A DNA stretch of 64,000 nucleotides from Bacteroidota bacterium (GCA_947479085.1 CANJYB010000022.1:3904-67903), one strand, 5' to 3'; shown: positions 48,747 to 60,269, numbered from the stretch's first letter. Notes: generated from the sequence alone by a model not told the origin. Numbers and translations: made by a program.

Positions 48747-48942
48747 ATTTTTTCTTTTAAGACACAACATTAAGAAATATTTAATTACCAATTATAAAAT
48801 TATCAAATTCAATACCATTTATTACCGAAAAACTTTTTCCTTAACAAATCGCATTACTACCATCTAAGAATGGTTTAAAATAAATAACTTTACTTAAATG
48901 GCATTCTATTGGATATGATTAAAAAAATCTAAACTTATAGCT

Positions 48943-49356
48943 ATGAAAATACTTTCACTATCTTTATTATTAACTTTTGTTCTTACCTTCTCTGTATTAT
49001 CATCAATCACTGCACAAACAAAAGATTCTGCAAAAATGGAACTGAACGAAATGGTCCATGATTTCGGAACCATTCACCAGAATGACGCCTGCACTTACAA
49101 TTTAAAAGTTACCAACATTGGAAACATTCCTTTAATCATTTTGAATGCAAGTACAACTTGTGGCTGCGATATGGCTACCTGGCCAAGAGAACCAATACTG
49201 CCGGGCAAATCTGCATTTGTAAAGTACATATACGATTCGAACAGAATTGGTCACTTTGAAAAAACAATGAGTATTACCTCTAATGCTACTATACCCTCTA
49301 TAATTGTTAAATTCAAAGGAATTGTATTACGCGCATCAGAGAAAGCAGAAGAATAA
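48943..49356 (+). CDS. DUF1573 domain protein
   Basis: Signal peptide; HDFGTI, NIGNIPLII, TCGC, PILPG. Confidence 0.85.
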   Translation: MKILSLSLLLTFVLTFSVLSSITAQTKDSAKMELNEMVHDFGTIHQNDACTYNLKVTNIGNIPLIILNASTTCGCDMATWPREPILPGKSAFVKYIYDSNRIGHFEKTMSITSNATIPSIIVKFKGIVLRASEKAEE

Positions 49357-49455
49357 AAAGAATTTATTATTAATATTGGGTATTATATTGTTCTACAAGG
49401 TTGATTTATTTGCTTTCTGATAATTATTATCTTTGAAAACAAAATTTCAAAGCCA

Positions 49456-50658
49456 TTGAAACATAGTAAAACACCGGTATGGTGGGGAGCGCCAAAAAAG
49501 TTTTCGGAGAAAAGAGAAGAACGAAAAATAAGCTGGCTGGAATTATTTTATGACCTGGTATATGTTATTGCCATATCAAGAATAACTCACCACCTGGCTG
49601 TACACCATACCCTTTCGGGCCTACTTGACTATACTTATTTTTTCGGGATGATTTTCTGGGGTTGGGTAAATGGGAGTCTTCATCATGACATGCATGGCAC
49701 CAGCGGGCTTCGTACCAGCCTGATGACGTTATGGCAAATGATGATAGTAGCTGCTTTGGTTATTACCGTTAGCAGTTCGCCCGAACATTTGGTATTTAAT
49801 GCAACCATTGCAGTTATGGCTATGCAACTATTCATCACCTACCTCTGGTGGAGTGTTGGCATTTACGATAAAGAACACAGGAAACTAAACACACCCTATA
49901 CCGTTTTTTACCTTACCTCTTTTGCTTTGATGTTTCTTACTTTGTTCTTGCAACAGCCGTATGTTCGCATTGTGTTTTATATTGCTTTGCTATTAAATTA
50001 TCTGCCTCCCTTCATGTCTTTCTTTACTATGCGAAAAAGGGATATAGAATTTAATCTTTCTTCGAGCATGACGGAAAGACTAGGTTTGTTCACCATTATT
50101 ATTTTTGGTGAAGTGGTACTTGGAATAGTAAATGGGGTTATCGATCTGAATATTTTAAATCTTGATATATGGCTTTGTTTCGGGCTGGCGCTGCTTATTG
50201 TTTTTGCTTTATGGTGGCTTTTCTTTACGCTTATCTCCGACCAATCCTGCAAAAAAGGAATCATTAAAAGTAGTTTGATGGAAATAATTTACATACCTAC
50301 TTTAATGGCTTTGGGAATTATAGCTTTATCCTTTAGTGGTTTATTCCAAAGTTTCCTTCCAGTGCAAAACATTCCTATGAATTTAGTAAAAATGGGATTT
50401 GGAATTTCTACTGCTGTGTTTATTGGTGGTATTACGCTTTTGTTATCACTCCTGGAGTATCCGCCTCATTATCTTGCTTTCAAAAAGAAAATTCAACAAC
50501 TCTTATTTGCTTCCATTGCATTGTTACTGACAATTACCTTCGCTGAATTACAACTTTCTTTGTTTGCCTATTTGTTCATCATTTTATCCATACTGCTTAT
50601 TGTTATTGGATTATTAAACATGATATGGTATACCAAAATGAATAAGATAAAAGAGTAA
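49456..50658 (+). CDS. ltrA: Low temperature requirement protein A family membrane protein
   Basis: SWLELFYDLVYV and ERLGLFTIIIFGE; TTG start after TATCTTTG box. Confidence 0.85.
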   Translation: MKHSKTPVWWGAPKKFSEKREERKISWLELFYDLVYVIAISRITHHLAVHHTLSGLLDYTYFFGMIFWGWVNGSLHHDMHGTSGLRTSLMTLWQMMIVAALVITVSSSPEHLVFNATIAVMAMQLFITYLWWSVGIYDKEHRKLNTPYTVFYLTSFALMFLTLFLQQPYVRIVFYIALLLNYLPPFMSFFTMRKRDIEFNLSSSMTERLGLFTIIIFGEVVLGIVNGVIDLNILNLDIWLCFGLALLIVFALWWLFFTLISDQSCKKGIIKSSLMEIIYIPTLMALGIIALSFSGLFQSFLPVQNIPMNLVKMGFGISTAVFIGGITLLLSLLEYPPHYLAFKKKIQQLLFASIALLLTITFAELQLSLFAYLFIILSILLIVIGLLNMIWYTKMNKIKE

Positions 50659-50670
50659 TGTAAGTATATG

Positions 50671-50706
50671 AAAAAACTCCTTCCTGTTTTACTAGGAAGG
50701 AGTTTT
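50671..50706. terminator. Bidirectional intrinsic terminator
   Basis: AAAACTCCTTCCT...AGGAAGGAGTTTT between convergent genes. Confidence 0.8.
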
Positions 50707-50745
50707 CATTTCAGTCTTTCTTTCGAAAATTAAAAAATTACTGTT

Positions 50746-53700
50746 TTATTGTTTCACTAAAGTTTGTGAATAAATAGTATTAGCATCGTTATCAATCAAT
50801 CTCACGAAATACATTCCTGCTTCGTAATTTGAGATAGAGTTTGTTAGGGTGCTGGTACCTTTTGTCATTTGATGTTTTTCGTTGATAATTAAATTTCCGA
50901 TAACATCATATACCTGAACAGTTATTACCTCATCTACATCAGTAGTTACATCAATTTTAAATTCTGATGAAGTCGGGTTAGGATAAACAGCTGAAATTGT
51001 GTTTGCTCCTGTTTCTGTTAAAGTAAACATTGCACTTGATGTATGGCAATAAGTAATTCCCGTAGATCTATAAGCACTGGTATCATTGCAGGTATTTGAA
51101 GACCTAACTTTAACAATTCCTGAACCAGATGTTCCTGTAGCAGGTCCTGTAACAGTAATTGAAGATGTTCCTTGTCCACTGGTGATGGTCCAGCTGGTTA
51201 CAGCAAGAGACCAGGTATAAGTATAACCTGCACCTAATGAAGGAACAGAATAGGTTGCAGTAGTCATTCCGCAAAGATTAGAAGGACCTGTCATTAATCC
51301 TGGTTGAGCAGCACCTGTAGTAACAGCAAGTGTTTTATAAGCACCTGTTCCACAAGCATTAACTGCTGCTGCTGAAATGCTACCACTTCCACCGTTTAAA
51401 GCAACGGTAACAGAAGTTCCTGTATTTGAACCTATAATAGTTCCTATGCCGGATACTGTCCAGTTATATCCTGTTACATTTGTGAATGAAGGAATAGAAT
51501 AAGTTGCAGTTGACATTCCGCATACACGAGTCGGCCCGGAAATAGATACCGGTTTTAATGGAGCTGAACCTGTTACAAATAAAGTTTTTCCCGGTACATA
51601 ACCACAATTATTAATTCCTGTTACCTGAATTTTTCCTGAAACAAAAGTACTTGCAATAGCAACAGTAATGGCTGTTGTTCCCGCTCCTGATGTTACTGTC
51701 ATTCCGGCTGGAACATTCCACACATAACTTGTTGCACCATATAAAGCGGAAATAGAATAGTTTGCAGTATTCAAATTACAAACAGTTACAGGACCATAAA
51801 TTGTATCGGCCTGTTGTGGTTTAAAGGTAACATACAAATTGCTTGATGAACTTGTTCCGCAAGAATTAGTTGCTGTTGCAGTTATGTCGCCCACAGGACC
51901 ACCTAACACATGAACATTAATTGAAGTAGTACCTTGTCCTGAAAGTATTGTCATACCATTTGCTCCTGTAGGAACTGTCCAAGTGTAAGAAGTAGCGGTT
52001 GCTACAGCAGCAATAGAATAAACAGCATCTGTCATTCCGCATACCACGCTTGGTCCGGATATACTTCCCGGAGTTGCAGGAGCAGCATTACACAATAAAG
52101 AACAACCCATTGATGGCTGAAAACCATTGTTTGCATTTCCACCTAAGTCAGTACCACTTGTTAAAAATGGACTGTAAACAAAATTTGCAGAACCTAGTCC
52201 AAGAATTTCTGGTTGTCCTCCTGGTGCAGCAGCTGTGCCACCATATGCAACCGGAATTTGAGCAGCATAACCTGGCTCAGTGCTATTTGCAGTACTTACA
52301 GTTGGAGGATTAGATCCAAACCAATTGCAGGTAAAGTTTTTCATGTTAGTTGTTCCCGGAGTTGGTAATGAACCACCAGCCTGACGGTCTACTATTTCTC
52401 CGTACCAGTTACCACTTAAATCATTGCTGCTGAAATCGCTGTTTAAAGCTGATTGTACTGGTATGTTTGTTCCACCGCTTGCATCAAGAAATAAGATTCC
52501 CACTGTCCAGTTATTAGTAATGAAATTTTGCATAGCCAAAGTGCTATCTGTTTGATTTCTGAAAACAAGACCTGTTCTGTTAGAAGTAATAGTGTTGTTA
52601 TGGATGTTATTTCCATTACTATTATTAATATCGATACCTGTTCTGTTTCCTGTAATTTGGTTATTTCTTATTTCCGCATTGTTAGTTTGACCTTGAATAG
52701 AAATTCCAGCCGTATTTAAATTTGGATTGTTCCAATCAGTAGTATTATTGCCATCACGAGTGATAGTGAAACCATCAATTATTACGTTACTTGCTGCAAC
52801 CGAAATTGCCGAAGTGCTTCCCCCTATTGGTCCGCTGATGGTTGTAGAAGTCATACCTGCGCCCATTAGTGTTACTTGTTTGTTAACAGTAATATCCTCA
52901 TTATAAGAACCTGAATTAACATTTACTGTGTAACCTGCAGAAGCAGCATCTATACCACGCTGTATGCTCGCAACTGTTGTTGCAGGAGATACAAAACTAT
53001 TCATTGTTACGTAATCATTATTTGCTTTAACCATTACATATCCTAAACCACTTGCATCAATGCTGTGTGTGATTTTATCTCCTAATGAAAATAAATTAGT
53101 AAGAGAAAGTACAGTAGGCAATTGCAAACCTGCACCCATATCGTATTTATTATTTCTTGCATCCAGATTAGGAGTCCAATACGCCATAGTGGTTAACGAC
53201 CCTGCACCTGCTCCAATTATTGAAGTATATGCCGGAAATGTTGCACCACTGCTTGTTCCGGTTTGAGAATCCAAATAAATAACCTTTGCTATTCCAGCAT
53301 TAAAATTATTTTCGTTAGATAATGAACCAATAACAAATGTTCCGAAAGAAGCATTATCATTGTCGTGATTATAGAACCCCAACGCTGTACCTCCAAGAGT
53401 TCCTGAAACATTGAATGTATTGTTGATAATTGTTGCATCTATTGGAATTTGAAGCACCACACTTGAACTGGTAGCAATTACTTTCGTATTCACAGTAATG
53501 TGATGATAAGTAGTTGAGTTAGCCAATGGAGTAAATGTATTATTGTTGATAGATACATTTTTGTAATTCTCCAAACTGATTCCCCAGTTGTGTCCGGTAA
53601 AGGTATTTCCCGAAACAACAGTAACTTTGTTTTCCTGGTTATCTAATAACCTTAATGCGGAAGTATAAGAACTACCGAAAGTTCCATTAAAAGTATTACC

Positions 53701-54534
53701 TGTAACAGTAATATTTCCTGCTCCTGCATTATAATCAGCTAAATCTACACCACCACCGTTAATGTTATTATTCGTAACATTGATATCTCCGGCTCCGCCA
53801 AAACGTGCTTCTATATCCTGGCTGATAGATTGAATAGTGTTCAGCGTAAATGTACCCCCACCTTCATCTGTAGCTATACCATCGCGAAATCCGGCATCAT
53901 CAGCAGTACCAGGAGTATTATCTACACCATAATTGTAGGTAATAATATTTCCATGGATTAACACAACCGGATTAACAGAATTTAATCTGTAAGCACCATA
54001 GTTAATATTAATAGCATTACGTAATCCAAAAGCTACGGTAGTAGGCGCAGATCTGTAAGGATTAATGTTATTGTTTCTAACCGTTAAGTTGTTAAGTGTT
54101 GCTGAACTTGCAACAATGGCACTACCTATGTTAGTTACATTCACTTCAAAGTCCAATCCTTCTATTGTAACATTTGGCGATACAATTTCAAACTCTGTTT
54201 TTTTACCACTTACTAATGCACTTACTCCAGTAAAATTAATAATCGGTTTCGGTCCGATTAAATTTTTGATGGAGACTTCTTTGTTGACAAGTACCTGCTC
54301 GTTATACGTGCCGGCATCCACAAAAATAACATCTCCGTTGCTAGCCATAGCAATGGCATGAGTAATACTTGCAAAGGGGGTCGCAGAACTTCCCGAATTG
54401 CCATCATTTCCAACAGCCGTGGTGTACACATCGCCTGTCATGTTGTTGTCGTTCACATACCACGTGGTGGCACCAGCACTTGTTGCAAAAAGCAACGCAG
54501 CGGGAACGATTAATTTTCTTAAATTTTTCTTCAT
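50746..54534 (-). CDS. T9SS-secreted protein with two parallel beta-helix modules and PKD-like repeats
   Basis: Signal peptide; PFASITHAI...AGTY and SIQRGID...SGSY helix caps; ISGP..VC repeats; VYPNP...GMYFV CTD. Confidence 0.85.
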   Translation of the reverse strand: MKKNLRKLIVPAALLFATSAGATTWYVNDNNMTGDVYTTAVGNDGNSGSSATPFASITHAIAMASNGDVIFVDAGTYNEQVLVNKEVSIKNLIGPKPIINFTGVSALVSGKKTEFEIVSPNVTIEGLDFEVNVTNIGSAIVASSATLNNLTVRNNNINPYRSAPTTVAFGLRNAININYGAYRLNSVNPVVLIHGNIITYNYGVDNTPGTADDAGFRDGIATDEGGGTFTLNTIQSISQDIEARFGGAGDINVTNNNINGGGVDLADYNAGAGNITVTGNTFNGTFGSSYTSALRLLDNQENKVTVVSGNTFTGHNWGISLENYKNVSINNNTFTPLANSTTYHHITVNTKVIATSSSVVLQIPIDATIINNTFNVSGTLGGTALGFYNHDNDNASFGTFVIGSLSNENNFNAGIAKVIYLDSQTGTSSGATFPAYTSIIGAGAGSLTTMAYWTPNLDARNNKYDMGAGLQLPTVLSLTNLFSLGDKITHSIDASGLGYVMVKANNDYVTMNSFVSPATTVASIQRGIDAASAGYTVNVNSGSYNEDITVNKQVTLMGAGMTSTTISGPIGGSTSAISVAASNVIIDGFTITRDGNNTTDWNNPNLNTAGISIQGQTNNAEIRNNQITGNRTGIDINNSNGNNIHNNTITSNRTGLVFRNQTDSTLAMQNFITNNWTVGILFLDASGGTNIPVQSALNSDFSSNDLSGNWYGEIVDRQAGGSLPTPGTTNMKNFTCNWFGSNPPTVSTANSTEPGYAAQIPVAYGGTAAAPGGQPEILGLGSANFVYSPFLTSGTDLGGNANNGFQPSMGCSLLCNAAPATPGSISGPSVVCGMTDAVYSIAAVATATSYTWTVPTGANGMTILSGQGTTSINVHVLGGPVGDITATATNSCGTSSSSNLYVTFKPQQADTIYGPVTVCNLNTANYSISALYGATSYVWNVPAGMTVTSGAGTTAITVAIASTFVSGKIQVTGINNCGYVPGKTLFVTGSAPLKPVSISGPTRVCGMSTATYSIPSFTNVTGYNWTVSGIGTIIGSNTGTSVTVALNGGSGSISAAAVNACGTGAYKTLAVTTGAAQPGLMTGPSNLCGMTTATYSVPSLGAGYTYTWSLAVTSWTITSGQGTSSITVTGPATGTSGSGIVKVRSSNTCNDTSAYRSTGITYCHTSSAMFTLTETGANTISAVYPNPTSSEFKIDVTTDVDEVITVQVYDVIGNLIINEKHQMTKGTSTLTNSISNYEAGMYFVRLIDNDANTIYSQTLVKQ

Positions 54535-54735
54535 TTTTTTTGTTTTAAGGGTTAATAATTTATTTTAGTTTCTGAATTAATTTTCAGGGTACAAAAGTCC
54601 GTTCATTTAATTTTTAAGGTATTGTATAATAAAATAAAAATATTGCATCATTTTTTATTGAGCGTATAAAGCATCGATTTAAAGCATGTTATGCCAAAAC
54701 ATTTATCTTTGCGTTTTATAACTTATATTTAAAAT

Positions 54736-55425
54736 TTGAAAACTATTACATTAACCAACGAACTCATTAATTACCTTTCTCAATTTATCTCTGAATCACG
54801 AAGAGCTAAGTTTGATGAAGTACTTAATTTCCGCACACGACATATTACCATTGTTTTAGAAGATTTATATCAACCACATAATGCCTCTGCAGTATTGCGT
54901 TCATGCGATATTTTTGGTATACAGGATATTCACATCATCGAAAACAAACATGCTTATACCGTTAATAAAGACATTGCCATGGGATCTCCCAAATGGCTGA
55001 ACCTGCATAAATACCGAAACAAGGAAAATAACTCGCTTGCATGTATTAACACCTTAAAAGAAAAAGGATACCGAATCATCGCTACCTCTCCCAACGAAAG
55101 TGCCTGCACCATTGATGATTTACCGGTAGATAAACCATTGGCTTTATTTTTCGGAACTGAATTAACCGGTATTTCGGAAACAGTGGTGGACCATGCCGAA
55201 GAGCTGGTAAAAATACCTATGTATGGCTTTACCGAAAGTTTTAATATTTCTGTTTCTGCCGCATTGTGCCTACGCTCGCTGACGGAAAAACTTCATAAAT
55301 CGGAAGTGAACTGGCACCTGAATGATGATGAAAAGGAGGAGTTGTTGTTAAGATGGTTGCGAAACAGCATCCGGAAAGTAGATTTAATTGAAAAGGATTT
55401 TTTAGAAAAGAAGCAGCAGGGTTAA
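54736..55425 (+). CDS. trmH: TrmH/SpoU family tRNA/rRNA 2'-O-methyltransferase
   Basis: HNASAVLRSCD, FGTELTG, IPMYGFTESFNISV. Confidence 0.85.
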   Translation: MKTITLTNELINYLSQFISESRRAKFDEVLNFRTRHITIVLEDLYQPHNASAVLRSCDIFGIQDIHIIENKHAYTVNKDIAMGSPKWLNLHKYRNKENNSLACINTLKEKGYRIIATSPNESACTIDDLPVDKPLALFFGTELTGISETVVDHAEELVKIPMYGFTESFNISVSAALCLRSLTEKLHKSEVNWHLNDDEKEELLLRWLRNSIRKVDLIEKDFLEKKQQG

Positions 55426-55521
55426 CACTTAAAATTCAAGTTTGAGTTGTTAAGTTTTGTAGTTATTTAAATTTAGCGTACGTTTGTAGTCGAAATTAAC
55501 TAATAAAAACAAAAATACATT

Positions 55522-55728
55522 ATGGGAAAAGGTGATAAAAAAAGCCGCAAAGGTAAAATAACAATGGGTTCTTACGGAGTTTCAAGACCCAGAAAAAAAT
55601 CAACTGCTAAAGTTGCTCCAAAAGTTGCTGCCCCAAAAGCAGCTAAGGCAGAAGGTGCAACAAAAGTAGCTCCGAAAAAAGCAGCTAAAAAAGCAGCTAA
55701 AAAAGCAGCTAAAAAAACCGAAGAATAA
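55522..55728 (+). CDS. thx: 30S ribosomal protein bTHX with Lys/Ala-rich tail
   Basis: MGKGDKKSRKGKI..GSYG..RPRKK core. Confidence 0.88.
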   Translation: MGKGDKKSRKGKITMGSYGVSRPRKKSTAKVAPKVAAPKAAKAEGATKVAPKKAAKKAAKKAAKKTEE

Positions 55729-55749
55729 TAGTTTTCTTTTTATTGAACT

Positions 55750-55783
55750 AAAAACCCTTTGCATTAATAATGCAAAGGGTTTT
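55750..55783. terminator. Bidirectional intrinsic terminator
   Basis: AAAACCCTTTGCATTA/TAATGCAAAGGGTTTT, reaching the tamB stop codon. Confidence 0.85.
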
Positions 55784-58700
55784 ATTTTGAAATCTCCTCC
55801 TTTTTCTTCTTTTTAGGCTTAACCGCATTCAAATAACGAAGAAACAAATCTCCAATAAAGTCAAACTCTTCCCTGTAAAATATACCAACACCTTGCGTAT
55901 ACGGTCCGGAGGCATATTGATTACTTGAATTATCGTTTGCTTTATTAAATGCCTTCACCCTTATCTTTCCATCATCTGTTAATTTATATTCCACATTCAC
56001 ATCCCCGATGATGTTATTCGTATTCTGGTTATTGGTACTTTGGCTATTACTCACATTTCCGTCAATCGTAAGTTTATCATCAAATAACTGGGTGGAAAGG
56101 GCAAGGCCCAATTCTTCTTTACTGATGGCATCTCCCGGGCGATAATTTACCCCCACATCAAAATCCTTACTCACTTTACTTAACATATTGCTTAGTTGAT
56201 TTGACAACAACTCACTGCTGTTAGCACCAGCTGCAGAACCCACAGTAGGCCCTCCAACCGAATTGGTCAACTGATAAGGAGTAACGAAACTATTAAGAAT
56301 AAGCAATGAAAACACCTGACGGTTTCGCTCTGCATCTGTATTGATATAACTTAGTACCGTTTGTCGTTTGTCAGCATCTACAGTTGGCAGACCAATATCA
56401 AAATTAATTTCAGGAGATAATAAATCACCGGTCATTAATAGTTTTAAATCAACCGGAAATCTTTTTTTCATGTTACTGGTCGAATCTTCCGGGAAGAAAG
56501 GTTTTAATGAAGCACGCGCTTTGTACACAGCAGATAAATTCATATCGGCTTTGTAAGGTATTCCGCTCCAGCGAATGGTTCCTCCTTTTTCCAGTTCAAA
56601 TCGTTTATTAATGATGTTCTGAAGAGTAAATAAATAATCCCCGTTATCAATTACGTAATCACCATACATTTTAAAATCACCTTTGGAACTGATGTTTAAG
56701 TTAATCGTTCCTGTTCCTCTTGCTTTAATAATATCTCCCACCTTCTGATCAAAAATTAATTGAACTTCGGCATCGGGAGTAACATCCAGGTCGAAATTCA
56801 AAGTAAGACCACCTAACTTAACTTTATAGTCATCTTTAATTTTAATGGTGCTATCTTTTTTAACATACGTAACAAAATTACTTTCGCTTATTTCTGATTG
56901 TTTAGAAAGAGGAATATAAAACTTGGTTAATTCCGTTTTCGAATTCAGCCTGAATTTATCCGCTCTGTCACCTGGAGTTATTTTTTCGGTCCTTACATTT
57001 GCATCTATCCGGATGTTATCGGTATAACCAAATATATTCACTATACCTGTTATGTAGGCCTTTCCGTAATAAGAACTGTTATCTGCCTCGCTAGTATTCA
57101 GACACATAAACTTGTTTGCCTGAATGTCAAAATCAAGCTGAAAGTTCTTGAAATTATCATGATATACCTTTCCTCTCACCAATGCTGTATTTCCGTTATC
57201 ATCATACACTGTCATGTTTTCGACACCAAATGAATTATTATTAACCACTACATTTTGTGAGAAATTATATTTTGTATTCAGGTAATCAACTGTAATATTC
57301 TTTGCATTTACATTTACAATTCCTGACAACTCCGGCTTTTTTAATGAACCTTTTATTTTTAGTTTTCCTGCAAAGAAACCTTTGAATTTAGAACAATACT
57401 GCTTTACAAAAGGCTCGAACAAATCCATGCGCAATGCTTCCATGTTTATATCCATGTCCAGGTTATTTTCCTCTTTTTTAGGATAATAATATCCTGAAAA
57501 AACAATATTGGGAACAATGCCTAAGGTAAATGAGCCATTCATTTTCAAAGCCTGTGTAGGATTATCCCAAGTAGTTTTAATGTTTCCATCTCCCAGTTCG
57601 TTTTCGTTTATAAATACGGATTTAAAAACATTATCACTCGAGAAAACAAGATCATGATAAAAATCGGTAAAGGTAGAAGCTCCGTCAATTGTTCCTTTTA
57701 GTGTTACTCCTTTACCCTTAGTAAATAAATTTGCATTGGCAAGGTTGAAATTGGTAAGCAGCAATTTCAATTCATCCATTTTATTTTGCGATACAATTCC
57801 ATTCAAAGAAAAGGATTGATTCCCATGCTCAAATGTTACAGAGTTCACCGCAATATGACTGGTATCAATTAATATCTCGTTGTCTTTATCAATGGCCCAT
57901 GCCGAATCGGCCACAATAAATACAGAAGGGAGTATTTTAAACTTTATCGATTTATCAGTGTGGATATTCAGAAATGCTTTTATATCTCCTTTGTAATTGT
58001 TCTTTGTTTTATTATCCCACGTTAAAGCCAGATTTACACTATCGGCATGCGTTTGAGTGCTGATATTAAAATCGGTTAACCAGCTGCTGTCAGAAGTATA
58101 TAAGCGTGCACAGCCCGTTTCGAAATCCATCAGTCCGTTTGTTTTCAAATCCATGTGCCAGTCTTTTATTTCAAAACCTTTTACCATCAACTTATCCGAA
58201 TTTCCCTTTATTACCAAGTGATTGGTTGCCGAGTTAAAATTCCCTTTAATTAAAGTGGAAGGAGCTATTTTTATATCAGGAGCAAACAGGCGGGTGACTG
58301 CATCTGTTTTTTTAAACAGGAAATTATAATCAAAATTCTGTGGAATAATTGTTTTGGCATACACTGTGCTTCTGAAATAGGAAGGCAAGTATTTACTTAA
58401 TAAATATTCTATAGAAAGTGGCATGTCCAGAATTTTAAATGTTCCGTTTATTTTAGCATCCAGGAAATCTGAATTCAATCGTATGGATTTGCTTCCCTTT
58501 TCTTCTTCCGTAACAAGGTTAAACACCGACATTTTATACACTTCATTTTTTCGTTTATAGATGGTATTATCAAAGTTTATCTGACCTATCAGGTTATCAA
58601 TGTTATTTCCAGTTACATCTACTATTACCTGGGTCGAAAGGTTGGTTCTTGTTGTATCTTTTATAAAATGCAAAGCACCGAGGTCCGCATTATTTACTGT

Positions 58701-60269
58701 TGCCACAAAATCAAGGTGAGGAAGTTTATGCGTAAAATCAACTCCCCCGATAAAATTCAAATCAATATTATCATCTGCTACATTTAATTTTCCTTTAAAT
58801 ATTTTATTCGCAATAGTTCCTTCCACCGCAATATTCTGATAGGTATAATTATTAATATTTATGCTGTTCACTGTTCCTTTTAAATTAGCAGCCACATCTG
58901 ACAACGTAAATCCGGAACCATCCACATCCACATTCATGGTTACTTTTCCAAGTGATGCAACACCAAAGAATTTACCAAAATCAAATTCCGCAGATTTCAG
59001 TTTCCCTTTATAGAATTCCTTTTTCTTTAATGTATCATGCCTAACAGAAAGGTCGGAAGAAAGGTTGCCCAAGGCAGAAGTAAAATCACCATAGGCATAA
59101 AAGTCGTTGTACAAACCTGTAAAAGTTCCTTTAAATTTCATGTTTCCCAGCTTTGCAAAAGCATAAGGCACATCCAGTGTTTTATGGTCGGTAAAAGGAG
59201 GAACAGGAATCAGTTTTAAATCTCCGTAATTGGTACTCAGGTTTTTTACATTCAGATAAATGGAAGTTTCATCCAGGTGAGGCAGACCGGTTAACGTTAC
59301 ATCACCCGTAAAACGGGTATATCCGCCCAGGTAGATATCCATATCCTTTCCACGCAAATCGTTTATCAACCCTTTAATTTTTCCGGAAACGGTTAGGTTC
59401 TTATAAATCCCTTTCAGTGCAGGAGCAAAATAAGCAATGTCGGCCATTTCCACACGGGAATGATCAAAATCTGCCTTGATGGTTACCTTGTTTATAAAAT
59501 CCTTAAAGTCGCGATAATGGTCGTATTTAAACGTTAAGTCGGTAGCAATATTGCTTTCGGGAGTTTTTATTCTCAACTCATCCAGCTGTATCCCCACAGG
59601 GCTTATTTTTACATAACTGCTCAGGTTTTGAATAATAAACCCAGACCTTTCCTTAGCGGATAAATAATCAATGGTGGACCGGATGGTATCTTTATCAAAC
59701 CGGATGTCGGAAATTTCGGTATTGATGCGCCTTGCATTTACGTCAAAATAATTTACACCGGTGGTTATTAATGTATCGTGTTCGCTGCGGAAAACAAAAG
59801 CGGAGTTGATTAATGTTACCGATTTAAATTTTACATCCCAGGGTGCATTATGGGTAGCGGTGGTATCCGTATTTTTAAAAGAATCCAATATAAACTGAAA
59901 ATTAAAATCGTCCTCGGCCTTGTATTTAATAATTTTGGAATTGCAGTTCAATAATATCACATCTGCAATATGCAACTGATGTGCTTTAAAATCAATCCTG
60001 TTGATACTGATTTTTAATTTTTTGGCATACAGCAATGTGTCCTTGTGCAAATCCTGCACATAAACATCCTGCAATACTATTTTCCTGAAAAATTCGATGT
60101 CCACACTCCCAATTTCCACCCGGGTATTGAGTTTGGAAGAAAGAAATATGGCTGCCTCGCGACCAAGGTAAGTTTGTACCGACCTGATTTGGATAAGAAT
60201 AAAGAGCAACAACAATACAAAAATGATTGTTGAAAATATTCTGAATAATATTTTACCGACTTTTTTAAT
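55782..60269 (-). CDS. tamB: Translocation/assembly module TamB (DUF490) protein; start probably non-canonical (ATT at 60269)
   Basis: N-terminal TM then SVQT; long beta-taco-like body; C-terminal NRQVFSLL, GDVNVEYKLT, YTQGVGIFYREEF. Confidence 0.82.
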   Translation of the reverse strand: MKKVGKILFRIFSTIIFVLLLLFILIQIRSVQTYLGREAAIFLSSKLNTRVEIGSVDIEFFRKIVLQDVYVQDLHKDTLLYAKKLKISINRIDFKAHQLHIADVILLNCNSKIIKYKAEDDFNFQFILDSFKNTDTTATHNAPWDVKFKSVTLINSAFVFRSEHDTLITTGVNYFDVNARRINTEISDIRFDKDTIRSTIDYLSAKERSGFIIQNLSSYVKISPVGIQLDELRIKTPESNIATDLTFKYDHYRDFKDFINKVTIKADFDHSRVEMADIAYFAPALKGIYKNLTVSGKIKGLINDLRGKDMDIYLGGYTRFTGDVTLTGLPHLDETSIYLNVKNLSTNYGDLKLIPVPPFTDHKTLDVPYAFAKLGNMKFKGTFTGLYNDFYAYGDFTSALGNLSSDLSVRHDTLKKKEFYKGKLKSAEFDFGKFFGVASLGKVTMNVDVDGSGFTLSDVAANLKGTVNSININNYTYQNIAVEGTIANKIFKGKLNVADDNIDLNFIGGVDFTHKLPHLDFVATVNNADLGALHFIKDTTRTNLSTQVIVDVTGNNIDNLIGQINFDNTIYKRKNEVYKMSVFNLVTEEEKGSKSIRLNSDFLDAKINGTFKILDMPLSIEYLLSKYLPSYFRSTVYAKTIIPQNFDYNFLFKKTDAVTRLFAPDIKIAPSTLIKGNFNSATNHLVIKGNSDKLMVKGFEIKDWHMDLKTNGLMDFETGCARLYTSDSSWLTDFNISTQTHADSVNLALTWDNKTKNNYKGDIKAFLNIHTDKSIKFKILPSVFIVADSAWAIDKDNEILIDTSHIAVNSVTFEHGNQSFSLNGIVSQNKMDELKLLLTNFNLANANLFTKGKGVTLKGTIDGASTFTDFYHDLVFSSDNVFKSVFINENELGDGNIKTTWDNPTQALKMNGSFTLGIVPNIVFSGYYYPKKEENNLDMDINMEALRMDLFEPFVKQYCSKFKGFFAGKLKIKGSLKKPELSGIVNVNAKNITVDYLNTKYNFSQNVVVNNNSFGVENMTVYDDNGNTALVRGKVYHDNFKNFQLDFDIQANKFMCLNTSEADNSSYYGKAYITGIVNIFGYTDNIRIDANVRTEKITPGDRADKFRLNSKTELTKFYIPLSKQSEISESNFVTYVKKDSTIKIKDDYKVKLGGLTLNFDLDVTPDAEVQLIFDQKVGDIIKARGTGTINLNISSKGDFKMYGDYVIDNGDYLFTLQNIINKRFELEKGGTIRWSGIPYKADMNLSAVYKARASLKPFFPEDSTSNMKKRFPVDLKLLMTGDLLSPEINFDIGLPTVDADKRQTVLSYINTDAERNRQVFSLLILNSFVTPYQLTNSVGGPTVGSAAGANSSELLSNQLSNMLSKVSKDFDVGVNYRPGDAISKEELGLALSTQLFDDKLTIDGNVSNSQSTNNQNTNNIIGDVNVEYKLTDDGKIRVKAFNKANDNSSNQYASGPYTQGVGIFYREEFDFIGDLFLRYLNAVKPKKKKKEEISK

